Made by a program: the position numbers and the translations under genes. A stretch of 64,000 nt of DNA from Alphaproteobacteria bacterium (GTDB lineage: Bacteria; Pseudomonadota; Alphaproteobacteria; UBA2966): NCBI GenBank assembly GCA_964291395.2, contig OZ219857.1:96001-160000 (forward strand), read 5' to 3'. Below the pieces are notes generated by a model. It was not told the DNA's origin and did no database searches. It worked only from the letters and a program-made list of their open reading frames with translations. The first letter of the stretch is position 1, and the number at the start of each line of letters is the position of its first letter. This document shows positions 30,861-41,256 of the stretch, in pieces.

Positions 30861-33847
30861 CCGAGGGTCCCATCCGGACTGGCAGACCATTCCGCCACGC
30901 GCGCCAAGTGATCGTAGTCACCATACCGGATAGCGTGGCGGGGTCGCGGCCGTGCCCGATAAGGGGTTGCCGGATCATCGAACACATCCACGAGCCGCTG
31001 AAGGCCGGCCCGTGCACGTTCCGTCAGCCCGGCAATGTCTCCCCGCACCGAAGTGATCTGCCCGGGGGTTGCCCCGCCGCTCAAACGCCAATAGGCCAAT
31101 TCGGAGATCGATTCGGCCTCGACATCGGGGAAACCTCCCATTTGGGCGATCCAGGCCTCCAGAGGAAGCTGAGGGGACAGACCGGACGCGATCTCCTTCT
31201 GAGACGGCGTCCCGCCTGTCTTGTAGTCGATGATCGCCAATGATCCGTCGGACCGAGTGTCAATCCGGTCCGCCTTGGCGACGAGACTGAACGGCACCCC
31301 GGAAACTTCGAATTCGATCTCGCCACGAACCTCAACGGCCGTCCGTATCGCGCCGCTTCGGTCGGCCAGGTTGCGCATTTCACCGACGAACCAGTCCGCG
31401 ATTCGCTGGAACCGGGGCCACCAAAACGACCAGACGGCCGGCCGCGACAGCGCAGCGCCAAACACGCTCTCTCCAAGCGCAACCAGTCGATCCACGGCAT
31501 CCTCGGGGAGCTCGGAGGCATGTCCGGACAGAAACTCCTCCAGCGCTCGATGGATGAAGATCCCCCGCTCCATCGCACCGGGATCGGCATCGATGGTTTC
31601 GAGGGGTCGCAACCGCAGAATACGCTTCGCAAACAGGGCATAGGGATCTCGTACCCATGTCTCGACGTCAGTGACCGAAAGACGACGCGGCCGCGCCGAC
31701 ACGGGTGGTTTCGGTTCGGGAGGTGCCACCGGACCGGTATCGGTCTCCGGCCGGTCCAGCAATGCCTGCCAACTCAACCAGGGATGCCGTGACGTCAGTC
31801 CGTCATTGAACCTTGCGAGGAGCGCCTCGATGCGCAGCAGCCACCGCGAGGGTACGGTTGGTGTCCCCTCGACTCGCTCCGACCGCGTGAGGAACACGAC
31901 CGGAGCGGTAGCGGCCTGCACGAAATCGTGGGCCGTCAAGCCGATCCTTCGCTCCGGCGTGGGAAGCTCAACGGCCTCGCGCATAGGACGACTCAACCAG
32001 GGGTCCGAATGGGGGTCGGGCGGCCAGGTGCCTTCGTTGAGGCCACCCAGAATCATCACGTCTGCGCGTTGAAGGCGCGCCTCGAGCAACCCCCATATAT
32101 TCAATCTGGGATGGAGACCCCACCTCGGTCGAACCACGCGGCCGCCGAGCAACCGAGTCAGAAGATAGACGTATTCGGCACCCGAAACAGGCGCCATACC
32201 CGCCGCTGCCTGGTGAAGTTCGCCGACGAAGCCAGCGAGCTCCGCTCCGGCGTCCTCGCCCCACATTCGCTCCGCACCTTCGCCCCGCTCATCGGCGGCC
32301 AAAGCCTCGCAGGCCGCAACGTGATGCTCCAACAACTCGACGATGGAAACGGACTTCTTGCGCGAAGCTCCCAGAAACGCCGAACAGCGCGAACCCAGAT
32401 CGGTGACGAACGAGAGCAGCACGTCGCTTGCGCCGGACATCCTGGCGGCGCCAACCAATCCCTCGAGATCCGGCGCCGGGCGCGGCCCCCGCAAGACGGC
32501 GAGCTCAAGCGCACGCACGGTCCTGCGAAATTCGACACGTGCCATCCCGCCGGCGGCGAGCGGGTGCTTGAGCGCCGCAAGCAAGGGGACCGGCGCCAGT
32601 CGCTCGGCGGCCATTTGCGCAACCAAGCGAAAGAACGTGCCCGGCGGAGTCTCGCCGAGTGGCTGTCCAGCAGAATCGTCGATCTCAACATCCCAGCGTC
32701 GGACCTCCGCAGCGACGCGGCGGGCCAATGCCCGATCGGGCGTCACTAGTGCGGCCGTCCGTCCGGGAGTTTCCAGTACCTTCCGCATCACGAGCGCAAC
32801 GACTCGGGCCTCTTCCCCGGGTCCCGGGCAATCGACCCGGCTCAGCCCGGTCAAGGCAGACGGTACGAAATGCTTGCCGCCCCGCCAGGCGTGCGTAGTC
32901 TCGGCCGGTCTCATGGCTTCGGACAGAAACTCGGCACGATCATTCGGACGATCCTCCCGATCAGCTCCCTCCCAGACCGGGACGTCGAAGCGCGGAACAC
33001 CCAAATGGTTCAAAAGGCGTCGTAGTCCATATTGATGGTGGGTATCGTCGACCGCCCTCCAGGTCTCCTCATCCATGAACCGATCCAAGCCGGGAAGAAT
33101 GACCATCCCGTTGGGAAGCGACGCAATTACCTTCAGAAGATCTGCCGTCGCGGGAATTGTCCCCGTGGAGCCGGCAGCAATGACCGGATGGTCGGGGGGT
33201 GTGTCCCGCCAGATGTCCGCCTGCATCTCCAAGAGCCGATTGCGTCGGTCAGCAGGGTCGATGCAGCCCTCCGCCTGCAAGAGGCGCGGCCAATGCTCGG
33301 TCAGAATCTTGAGAAAATCGAGCGTTTGCTGCCAGTGAGCCGCCAACTGATCGGGGACCACTTTTTCCAGCGCCGAAAAGGGCAGCCGCTCGGTTTGCAT
33401 CTGGTCGAGCAAGCCCGCAAGTTCGCTCGCGAGCGCGACGGCCTGCCCGTGGTCCATTCCGTCTGACGAACGGGGACGGCGTCGGGCATCCAATTCGAGA
33501 ATGAGACGCGAGAGAAGCAACTGGCGCCGCATGGCGGGAATGGCTGGTGGAACTCCGAGAGCTCGTTCGGAACTCCCATGCCGCAGACCGCCTCCGTACA
33601 GGGACATCTCTTCCTCATCGACGTCCGCGATAGGTCGAATACTTGGCAACAGCAAAGGCTGGCCACCCCTTGCCCGTAGAAACGAGGCGAGAAGCGAGCG
33701 GCAGGCGCGTCGCGTCGGTAGCAGGATGAGAACGCGCTCCAGATCGAGGGAATCGTCGCCGTACCTCTTCAGGATGCCGTAGGCCAACGCGTCCGTGAAA
33801 TGTGTCCCCGCGGGGATCGTGAATACGCGCGGTGGCGGCCGTACCAT
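30857..33847 (-). CDS. addB: Double-strand break repair protein AddB
   Basis: LLPTRRA, AAGSTG, LSVTDVETWVRDPY, KADRID...IDYKTG, YDHLARV. Confidence 0.95.
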   Translation of the reverse strand: MVRPPPRVFTIPAGTHFTDALAYGILKRYGDDSLDLERVLILLPTRRACRSLLASFLRARGGQPLLLPSIRPIADVDEEEMSLYGGGLRHGSSERALGVPPAIPAMRRQLLLSRLILELDARRRPRSSDGMDHGQAVALASELAGLLDQMQTERLPFSALEKVVPDQLAAHWQQTLDFLKILTEHWPRLLQAEGCIDPADRRNRLLEMQADIWRDTPPDHPVIAAGSTGTIPATADLLKVIASLPNGMVILPGLDRFMDEETWRAVDDTHHQYGLRRLLNHLGVPRFDVPVWEGADREDRPNDRAEFLSEAMRPAETTHAWRGGKHFVPSALTGLSRVDCPGPGEEARVVALVMRKVLETPGRTAALVTPDRALARRVAAEVRRWDVEIDDSAGQPLGETPPGTFFRLVAQMAAERLAPVPLLAALKHPLAAGGMARVEFRRTVRALELAVLRGPRPAPDLEGLVGAARMSGASDVLLSFVTDLGSRCSAFLGASRKKSVSIVELLEHHVAACEALAADERGEGAERMWGEDAGAELAGFVGELHQAAAGMAPVSGAEYVYLLTRLLGGRVVRPRWGLHPRLNIWGLLEARLQRADVMILGGLNEGTWPPDPHSDPWLSRPMREAVELPTPERRIGLTAHDFVQAATAPVVFLTRSERVEGTPTVPSRWLLRIEALLARFNDGLTSRHPWLSWQALLDRPETDTGPVAPPEPKPPVSARPRRLSVTDVETWVRDPYALFAKRILRLRPLETIDADPGAMERGIFIHRALEEFLSGHASELPEDAVDRLVALGESVFGAALSRPAVWSFWWPRFQRIADWFVGEMRNLADRSGAIRTAVEVRGEIEFEVSGVPFSLVAKADRIDTRSDGSLAIIDYKTGGTPSQKEIASGLSPQLPLEAWIAQMGGFPDVEAESISELAYWRLSGGATPGQITSVRGDIAGLTERARAGLQRLVDVFDDPATPYRARPRPRHAIRYGDYDHLARVAEWSASPDGTLG

Positions 33848-33853
33848 GGAACC

Positions 33854-34582
33854 TTAGAGACTGCTCAGGACGTCCTCTGCGGCCGACACACCTTCGGGCG
33901 TTCCCACATGCATCCACGCGCCTTCATGGATAAGGCCGAACAATCTGCCTTTTGACTCGGCCTTGTCCCAGAGGCGGTTAAGCGAGAAAACACCGTCGGG
34001 TGCCGCATCGAACAGGCGCGGATGTAGAACCTGGATTCCTGAATACGCGAACGGCGCCACGCATTGCTCCTCGCGTCGGGACAGCCGCCCGTCGTCCGCC
34101 ATCATGAAATCACCCAACCCCTCATATCCGATGGCGTTGACCGTGAAGCACATCAGCAGCAACGCATCCATCTCTTCGTCGCTCCAGCGCTGCGCCAGGC
34201 GCGACAGGGTATTGGCGCGCCCGTCAAGCCACAGGACATCCGCATTGAGAACGAAAAAGGGCCGGCCACCGAAATGCTCCAGGGCGCGGGCGACTCCACC
34301 ACCGGTGTCCAACAATTGATCGGACTCGTCGGATATCGCGATCTCCGGCTCCTGGCGGGACACCAAATGGTCGCGCAGCATGCCGGCGAAATGATGAACG
34401 TTCACGACCACCTTCCTGACGCCGGCCGCACTCACCCGATCCAGGACTCCATCGATGAGCGGAGTATCCTTCACCTTGATCAATGGCTTGGGACGCTCCG
34501 ACGCGAGATCCCGCATCCTGGTGCCCTTGCCGGCGGCCAGAACCATGGCGGTGTCGGACAGGGTCGAGCCGGAAGTTGTCAC
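33854..34582 (-). CDS. murU: Nucleotidyltransferase (MurNAc-alpha-1-P uridylyltransferase-like)
   Basis: AMVLAAGKGTRM...PKPL, LDTGGG, WMHVGTPE; adjacent to amgK. Confidence 0.8.
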   Translation of the reverse strand: MTTSGSTLSDTAMVLAAGKGTRMRDLASERPKPLIKVKDTPLIDGVLDRVSAAGVRKVVVNVHHFAGMLRDHLVSRQEPEIAISDESDQLLDTGGGVARALEHFGGRPFFVLNADVLWLDGRANTLSRLAQRWSDEEMDALLLMCFTVNAIGYEGLGDFMMADDGRLSRREEQCVAPFAYSGIQVLHPRLFDAAPDGVFSLNRLWDKAESKGRLFGLIHEGAWMHVGTPEGVSAAEDVLSSL

Positions 34583-35583
34583 GAAGATGCCACGGGTCCG
34601 ATGATCGAGGATCCCCGCAATCGTGACGGCACGTGCCGGTCAAACCAGATGCGCAGGGGGGTCAACACGGGGTGTTCGAGGTCGCCTTCGAGGAGGTCCC
34701 AAACCCGGGGAATGTACGCGAGATAATCGATTTTTCCATCCCTTTGCCAAAGCCTGGCGAAGATACCGATGATCTTGGTGTTGCGTTGCGCGCCGAGGAT
34801 CGCGTAGGCGGTTTCGGCTACCGCGGAGTCCAGACCCGTCCCTGCGACGAAACGCTCGAACATTTCCTCGACCAGGGACAGGGGAAGGTCGCGCCTTGCG
34901 TCTTCCAGAAGTGACACCAGGTCGTATAGACGGGGACCGATCAATGCGTCTTGGAAATCGAGCAGTCCCACACGGGACGTCCCGTCCCGTTGTTCCAGCC
35001 ACATCAGGTTGTCGACGTGGAAATCCCGAAGCACCAAGACCCGCGACTTCTCATAGGCCGACGGCAGGATTTCCCGCCACGCTGCAAAGAAGGGATCCCG
35101 CACAGACCGTGTCACCGCAGCCCCGCTGACCGCCGGAAGGTACCAGTCCACAAACAGCGAGGCTTCATCGAGCAACGTTGCAATGTCGTACACGGCGACA
35201 TCTTTTGGAGGTTCTTGGCGCTGGAGGTCGATCAAAAGATCGACGGCGTGGGTGTACAGTTCCTGCGCGTCGCCGCCTGCATCGAGAACCCTGGCAAACA
35301 GATCGTCGCCCAGATCCTCCAGCAGCAGAGCTCCGAGCTCGACATCGGCTGCATATACTTCGGGTGCCGAGTATCCGAGAAGTCTCAAGTGTCGGCCGAC
35401 CGCGATGAATGCGCGTACATCCTCGTGAGGTGGCGGCGCGTCCATCAGCACGGCGCCCCGTTCCTCGCACCGCAAACGCTCGTAGCGGCGAAACGAAGCG
35501 TCTTCCGCCAGCGGCTCCCGCACGGCGTCGGACCAGCCGGCTCGAAGCAGAAATGCGTCGATGCGCTCCGCCCGGTCACTCAT
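34579..35583 (-). CDS. amgK: APH-family sugar kinase (AmgK-like)
   Basis: DASFRRYER, LMDAPP, LLEDLG, RDFHVDNL, LDFQDA. Confidence 0.82.
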   Translation of the reverse strand: MSDRAERIDAFLLRAGWSDAVREPLAEDASFRRYERLRCEERGAVLMDAPPPHEDVRAFIAVGRHLRLLGYSAPEVYAADVELGALLLEDLGDDLFARVLDAGGDAQELYTHAVDLLIDLQRQEPPKDVAVYDIATLLDEASLFVDWYLPAVSGAAVTRSVRDPFFAAWREILPSAYEKSRVLVLRDFHVDNLMWLEQRDGTSRVGLLDFQDALIGPRLYDLVSLLEDARRDLPLSLVEEMFERFVAGTGLDSAVAETAYAILGAQRNTKIIGIFARLWQRDGKIDYLAYIPRVWDLLEGDLEHPVLTPLRIWFDRHVPSRLRGSSIIGPVASS

Positions 35584-36067
35584 TCCCGATGAACTCAGCC
35601 AATCGGCCACGCCACGCCGCGTCGCCGACAATCTTGACGTGACGCTCGTCCTCCGTCGCACCGAACGCAAATGCCAAATCCAGACGTGCGCCCAACGAGT
35701 CCTCCGGAAGGCGATCAGGCCATTCGACAAGACAGATGCCGCCGTTCAACGCGTCTCCGATACCCAGTTCGAGTGTCTCGCCCGGGTGTTCGAGGCGAAA
35801 CAGATCGAAGTGCCAAATGTCGCCTTGGGGCATTTCGTAGGTTTGCACCAGCGTGAACGTTGGGCTTGGGACTTCACTGATTTCGATGCCCGCGCGGGAT
35901 GCCCGTGAACGAATGAAGGAACGGGCAAAGGTCGTTTTTCCGGTTCCGAGCTCACCGGAAAGACAGACGATGTCGCCAAGCCGCGCGATTCTCGACAGCC
36001 GTGAGGCCAGTCGTTCGGTTGCGGCAAGACCGCTGAGCGTCTCCTCGTCGTCAACGGCAGGCGTCAT
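35576..36067 (-). CDS. tsaE: tRNA t6A biosynthesis ATPase TsaE
   Basis: LSGELGTGKTT, VPSPTFTLVQTY, HFDLFRL, LVEWP. Confidence 0.95.
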   Translation of the reverse strand: MTPAVDDEETLSGLAATERLASRLSRIARLGDIVCLSGELGTGKTTFARSFIRSRASRAGIEISEVPSPTFTLVQTYEMPQGDIWHFDLFRLEHPGETLELGIGDALNGGICLVEWPDRLPEDSLGARLDLAFAFGATEDERHVKIVGDAAWRGRLAEFIGNE

Positions 36068-36223
36068 GTCGGCGGCGATCGGTAGATTCGTGGACTGCGT
36101 CAAGGACACCACCCGACAAGGCGTATTCGGCGGCGATGGCGGCGCGGATGCATGGCCCGGGTGGAGCCGCATGTTACTCAATCCGAGGCGATACAACCAA
36201 ACAGCCCCTATGGCTCTCGAAAT

Positions 36224-37510
36224 TCAGTAGCGGTAGCGGTCGGGCTTGTAGGGACCCTCGATCGGAATACCGAGATACTCGGACTGCTCCTTGGAAAGGC
36301 GCGAGAGTCTGACGCCCAACTTGTCGAGGTGAAGACGTGCGACTCTCTCGTCGAGATGCTTGGGCAGCACGTAGACTTTCTTCTCGTATCGATCGGCGTG
36401 GTTCCAGAGTTCGAGCTGGGCCATCACTTGGTTCGTGAACGATGCGCTCATCACAAAGCTGGGATGTCCCGTCGCGCACCCCAGGTTCACCAGCCGGCCC
36501 TTCGCCAACACGATGATCCTCTTGCCGTCGGGAAACTCCACTTCGTCGACCTGTGGCTTGACCTCATGCCACTGGAAATTCCGTAACGACGCGATCTGAA
36601 TCTCGGCGTCGAAATGGCCGATGTTGCAGACGATGGCGCGGTCCTTCATCGCGCGCATGTGGTCGAGAGTAATGACGTCCTTGTTCCCGGTTGCGGTAAC
36701 GAAGACATCGCCGCGTGACGCGACGTCTTCCATCATCGCAACCTCATAGCCTTCCATGGATGCCTGGAGGGCACAGATCGGATCGATCTCCGTTACGATG
36801 ACGCGGGCACCCTGCCCTCTCAGACTCGCAGCCGACCCTTTACCGACTTCGCCATAGCCGCAAACCACCGCCAGCTTGCCCGCCAACATGACGCCCGTCG
36901 CCTGCTTGATCCCGTCGATGAGGCTCTCGCGCGATCCGTACAGGTTGTCGAACTTGGATTTGGTGACCGAATCGTTGACGTTGAATGCCGGAACCAGAAG
37001 GTCGCCGGACTTCTCCATTTGATACAGGCGATGTACCCCCGTGCTCGTCTCTTCCGACAGCCCTCGCACGTTCTCGAGAAGACCCGGGTACTTATCGTGC
37101 ATGATCTGCGTCAAGTCGCCGCCGTCATCGAGCAGCAGGTTGGGACGCCAGCCATTCGGCCCTTCGATCGTTTGGTCGATGCACCAGTCGTACTCTTCGA
37201 GGGTTTCGCCCTTCCACGCGTAAACCGGCACACCACCCTCGGCCATGGCCGCGGCGGCCTGGTCCTGGGTCGAAAATATGTTGCAAGAACTCCAGCGAAC
37301 CTCGGCCCCGAGCGCCGTAAGCGTCTCGATCAACACCGCGGTCTCGATCGTCATATGAAGGCATCCGGCGATACGCGCACCGTCGAGCGGCCGCCGACCC
37401 GCATACTCTTCCCGCAGCGCCATGAGACCCGGCATCTCCGTCTCGGCAATCGTGATTTCACGGCGTCCCCGCTCCGCCAGGGCGATGTCGGCGACCTTGT
37501 AATCTGGCAT
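36224..37510 (-). CDS. ahcY: Adenosylhomocysteinase (short form)
   Basis: [38 protein letters not shown]-terminal YRY. Confidence 0.96.
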   Translation of the reverse strand: MPDYKVADIALAERGRREITIAETEMPGLMALREEYAGRRPLDGARIAGCLHMTIETAVLIETLTALGAEVRWSSCNIFSTQDQAAAAMAEGGVPVYAWKGETLEEYDWCIDQTIEGPNGWRPNLLLDDGGDLTQIMHDKYPGLLENVRGLSEETSTGVHRLYQMEKSGDLLVPAFNVNDSVTKSKFDNLYGSRESLIDGIKQATGVMLAGKLAVVCGYGEVGKGSAASLRGQGARVIVTEIDPICALQASMEGYEVAMMEDVASRGDVFVTATGNKDVITLDHMRAMKDRAIVCNIGHFDAEIQIASLRNFQWHEVKPQVDEVEFPDGKRIIVLAKGRLVNLGCATGHPSFVMSASFTNQVMAQLELWNHADRYEKKVYVLPKHLDERVARLHLDKLGVRLSRLSKEQSEYLGIPIEGPYKPDRYRY

Positions 37511-37671
37511 CAAGCGTTCCTTGAGGATAAACGAATGGGCCGGCGCCGCGGTCTGCGGCTCGGCCCTTGGTCACACCGTCGAGGGTCTATATCACCCCAT
37601 CCCTCCCGTCGTAAACACGGAGGACCTTCACGTCGCGAGCTGCACCGATTCCCGGAATCCGGAGCGGCCAG

Positions 37672-38586
37672 TCATGTCTCTCCCGGCGCCAGGTCCCTGT
37701 GGTTCACCGACACCGCATGCCCCTGGGACCCAAGCTCCCCGGCCAGGCGCTCAGCGATGTAGACCGACCGATGGCGGCCGCCCGTGCAGCCGACAGCCAC
37801 GGTGAGATAACTCTTTCCCTCCCGCGCATAGTGCGGCAGCAGGTCGCACAACATGTCCGTCAACGACTCGAAAAAGGGTCCGAACGCGGGATCCTTCTCG
37901 ATGTACACGGCAACCTCCCCGTCCCTGCCGCTTCGCGGACGCAAGCGTTCGACGTAATGGGGGTTGGCCAGGAAACGCACGTCGAACACCAGATCGGCTT
38001 CTCTGGGAAGACCCCGACGATAGGAAAATGACGTCACCGATACGGCCATTTCCGGACCGGCATCCAGTGCGAAATACCGCGTTACCAGGTGTCTGAACTC
38101 GGGAATGGCGAGATGCGACGTATCGATCACGAGATCCGCACTGTCCCGCAATTGCAGCATCAGGCGGCGTTCGTGCGCGATGCCATCCGCGACGGGGCGG
38201 TCACCGGCGAGAGGATGGCGTCGACGAGTTTCCGTGAACCGGTGTTGAAGCACGTCATCGTCGCAATCAAGAAACGCCAGCCTGAACGCCAAGTCCTCGC
38301 GCACCGCAAGTGGCATCATTTCCGCGACGAATGAATCCGCTTCGAAGTCGCGCGTTCGGACATCTACAACGACGGCGATGGCATCGAGACGCGATGCGGA
38401 CAGGCGGTCATCTTTGGGAGCCAACAGTCGACTCAGCAAATGGAGAGGCAAATTGTCGATCGCCTCGTATCCGAGATCCTCGAGGACCTTCAGAGCCGTC
38501 GATTTCCCGGCACCCGACATTCCGGTGACGAGAACCACCGGTACGGGAGAGTCATCATCCACCGCCGTTACCGAAACATCGCCCAC
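37672..38586 (-). CDS. rapZ: RNase adapter RapZ family P-loop protein (start uncertain)
   Basis: VTGMSGAGKS, IDNLP, ETRRRHPL, FDVRFLANPH, GCTGGRHRSV. Confidence 0.92.
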   Translation of the reverse strand: MGDVSVTAVDDDSPVPVVLVTGMSGAGKSTALKVLEDLGYEAIDNLPLHLLSRLLAPKDDRLSASRLDAIAVVVDVRTRDFEADSFVAEMMPLAVREDLAFRLAFLDCDDDVLQHRFTETRRRHPLAGDRPVADGIAHERRLMLQLRDSADLVIDTSHLAIPEFRHLVTRYFALDAGPEMAVSVTSFSYRRGLPREADLVFDVRFLANPHYVERLRPRSGRDGEVAVYIEKDPAFGPFFESLTDMLCDLLPHYAREGKSYLTVAVGCTGGRHRSVYIAERLAGELGSQGHAVSVNHRDLAPGET

Positions 38587-38665
38587 CGGGGGCGTTCCCC
38601 ATGCGCAATAGCGACCGTCAGCGCCAAGGGTGAGTGCTCCCGGCATCGAAGTCAACGGAGCGCTC

Positions 38666-40336
38666 TCAGGCGGACAACGGCAGCTCCACGATGAAACGCG
38701 CCCCCGCGACGTCCCCGTCTTCGTTACGACGGTTTTCGGCACGGATACCGCCACCGTGTGCAACGACGATCTGCCTGGAAATACTGAGCCCCAGTCCGGA
38801 GTGCACGCCGAAGGCTTCACCTTCCGGTCGTTCGGTGTAGAACCGTTCGAATATGGCTTCCCGCATATCTTCCGGTATACCTGGACCGTCATCCTCTACC
38901 GTTATTCGCGCGCGGTCATTCTCACGGGAGACGCGAATCCGAATGAGCCCTCCGGGAGGACTGAAGGTGACGGCGTTGGCCAGCAGATTCCTCATGACTT
39001 GGCCCAAGCGCCCTTCGATGCCGTCGACCACAAGAGAGGCTTCGGACCCGGCGTCGACCACGATGTTGGGCGCCTCGCGGCTTCCCGTTTCCCTCTGGAT
39101 GCCCACCAAGGTGCGAATGAGCTGGACTAGGTCCACGGGCTCGACTTCTGCGCGGGCGAGTTCGGCATCGACGCGCGATGCATCCGCTATATCGCCGATC
39201 AATCGATCGAGTCTCGCAACGTCTTCCTGGATGATGGCCGTCAGTTTCTCTTGCCGCTGGAGATCGCCGCCCTGCGCCAACAACTCTACCGCACTGCGAA
39301 TGCTGGTAATCGGGTTCCTCACCTCGTGCGCAACGTCTGCGGCAAACGCCTCGATGGCTTCGATTCTATCGTACAGCGCAGCCGTCATGTCACCCAACGC
39401 CCCGGAGAGGTCGCCAATTTCATCCCGGCGGGAGGTGAAGTCTGGAATCGCGACACGCCGCGTCGGTCCACGGCGCACGATATCGGCCACCTCCGCCAAA
39501 CGCCGGACGGGTCGCGCAATGGTCGCGGCCAGATAGACCGACAACATCACGGTGATCGCGAACGCCAGGACGAATACCTGCAGGATGGCAAGACGCACTT
39601 CGCGCACCCCCGCCTCAATGTCCTCGCCGCTTGCCGACAGCAGAAGCGCGCCCAGGACTTTCTTGAATCGCTGCACCGGAAGGGCGACGGTCACCATGAT
39701 CCGCCCGTCCGCGGTGCGACGCTGCGCGCTGCCGGTCTCACCCTCGAGAGCGTGGAGAACTTCAGGGAAGTCTCCCGCGACCATAGGCGATGGCTCGCGA
39801 TACAAAGGCAGCGTGGAGCCGAGCGGCAGATACTCGGAAATCAGATCGGACGCCCAGCCAGCCGCCTTGGACAGATAGCCGTCTTCGGCCGGAGGGACCA
39901 GCATCCTGGCCCGTACTTCCCGATCGCCGCTGAGCAGCACCCGGCTGTCCGCGACGAGAGCCCCGCTTTCGTCGAACAGGCGCACTCGGGTTCCCGTCAG
40001 CTGAGAAAGCCGGCGAATGAAATCGGTAGCGATCTCCACGTGCAGTGCGATACTTTCGGGAGGTCCGCCGACAGCACCCTCGCCAAGCGCTCCGGCGATG
40101 ATGGCGCCATTGGTCGAAAGCGCCGCCACTTTCGCGTCGAAGAGGCTCTCCCGGTACTGGCCGAGAAACAGCAAGCCGCCCACGAGTATCGCCAGCGCCA
40201 GCACGTTGACCGCCAGCACACGCAATGTGAGGGGTGACAACAAACGACGTCGGGCCTGCACCGCTTGGCGACGCAGTCGTTCGCCCGGCCCTTCAGCCAC
40301 AGAGGTGGTGTTCTTGTCCGCGATGTACCCGTTCAT
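38666..40336 (-). CDS. chvG: Sensor histidine kinase ChvG/ExoS/BvrS
   Basis: SPLTLRVLAVN, HAMP RRDEIGDL, ADVAHEVRNP, NLLANA, DDGPG, HSGLGLSI. Confidence 0.92.
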   Translation of the reverse strand: MNGYIADKNTTSVAEGPGERLRRQAVQARRRLLSPLTLRVLAVNVLALAILVGGLLFLGQYRESLFDAKVAALSTNGAIIAGALGEGAVGGPPESIALHVEIATDFIRRLSQLTGTRVRLFDESGALVADSRVLLSGDREVRARMLVPPAEDGYLSKAAGWASDLISEYLPLGSTLPLYREPSPMVAGDFPEVLHALEGETGSAQRRTADGRIMVTVALPVQRFKKVLGALLLSASGEDIEAGVREVRLAILQVFVLAFAITVMLSVYLAATIARPVRRLAEVADIVRRGPTRRVAIPDFTSRRDEIGDLSGALGDMTAALYDRIEAIEAFAADVAHEVRNPITSIRSAVELLAQGGDLQRQEKLTAIIQEDVARLDRLIGDIADASRVDAELARAEVEPVDLVQLIRTLVGIQRETGSREAPNIVVDAGSEASLVVDGIEGRLGQVMRNLLANAVTFSPPGGLIRIRVSRENDRARITVEDDGPGIPEDMREAIFERFYTERPEGEAFGVHSGLGLSISRQIVVAHGGGIRAENRRNEDGDVAGARFIVELPLSA

Positions 40337-40351
40337 GGGCAGTCGGCGAAA

Positions 40352-41062
40352 TTACGCTTCGCGGTACCGATAGCCCACACCGTAAAGGGTCTCGATACTC
40401 GCAAAATCCCCGTCAGCCTCGCGAAACTTCCGACGCAATCTCTTGATATGGCTGTCGATCGTGCGATCGTCGACATAGATGTTGTCGTCGTAAGCCGCAT
40501 CCATGAGTTGATCGCGACTCTTGACGTGTCCCGGGCGAGCCGCGAGCGCCTTGAGAATGAGGAACTCCGTCACCGTCAGACGTACTTCATCGCCGCGCCA
40601 CGTGCACGAATGTCGGGACGGATCGAGGATGAGGTGGCCGCGGACGATCGGTTTGTCGTCCCCGTTCGAACTTTCCCGCCGCCCGCTGTCGGTGCGCCGC
40701 AAGACGGCGCGAATGCGCTCGATGAGCAAGCGCTGGGAAAACGGCTTGCGAATGTAGTCGTCGGCGCCCATTTTCAGGCCCAGCATCTCGTCGATCTCAT
40801 CGTCCTTGGACGTGAGAAAGATCGCGGGAACGTCACTCGTCCGCCGCAGTCGATTGAGCAATTCCATACCGTCGAGCCGCGGCATTTTGATGTCGAGGAT
40901 GACCAAATCCGCCGGCCGGTGCGTCAAGGCCGTCAGAGCCTCCGCGCCATCGTAGAAGGTCCGCACGCGGAACCCCTCTGCTTCGAGCGCCATCGAAACG
41001 GACGTGAGTATGTTTCGATCATCGTCGACAAGTGCGATCGTCGCCGAGGTATCGCCGTTCAT
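40352..41062 (-). CDS. chvI: OmpR-family response regulator ChvI/BvrR
   Basis: [39 protein letters not shown]. Confidence 0.95.
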   Translation of the reverse strand: MNGDTSATIALVDDDRNILTSVSMALEAEGFRVRTFYDGAEALTALTHRPADLVILDIKMPRLDGMELLNRLRRTSDVPAIFLTSKDDEIDEMLGLKMGADDYIRKPFSQRLLIERIRAVLRRTDSGRRESSNGDDKPIVRGHLILDPSRHSCTWRGDEVRLTVTEFLILKALAARPGHVKSRDQLMDAAYDDNIYVDDRTIDSHIKRLRRKFREADGDFASIETLYGVGYRYREA

Positions 41063-41161
41063 CTCAAGTCAGGAGTTCCGTCCATCGCCGGTTGGACGCG
41101 ATCGTACCATATCCGTGTTCTTCGTGTCGGGCCGGTTGCAGCCGTTGCATGGATCAATCGG

Positions 41162-41201
41162 ATCCCGGCAAGTCCCGCCATGTCTCGCAAAGTCTCGCAA
41201 A
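41162..41201 (-). promoter_or_regulatory. Four phased 10-bp direct repeats upstream of chvI (candidate regulator site)
   Basis: Plus strand ATCCCGGCAA GTCCCGCCAT GTCTCGCAAA GTCTCGCAAA. Confidence 0.5.
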
Positions 41202-41211
41202 TAAACACCAA

Positions 41212-41246
41212 CCATGGCGATTCTAGGTTGAGCTCGACCGCCATGG
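41212..41246. repeat. Inverted repeat after polA; possible terminator or divergent member of the palindromic repeat family
   Basis: CCATGGCG-ATTCTAGGTTGAGCTCGAC-CGCCATGG. Confidence 0.45.
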
Positions 41247-41256
41247 AATCAAACGC

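Noticed and set aside
37514-37671. Possible SAH or SAM riboswitch upstream of ahcY
   Set aside because: No match to the conserved riboswitch cores as I recall them
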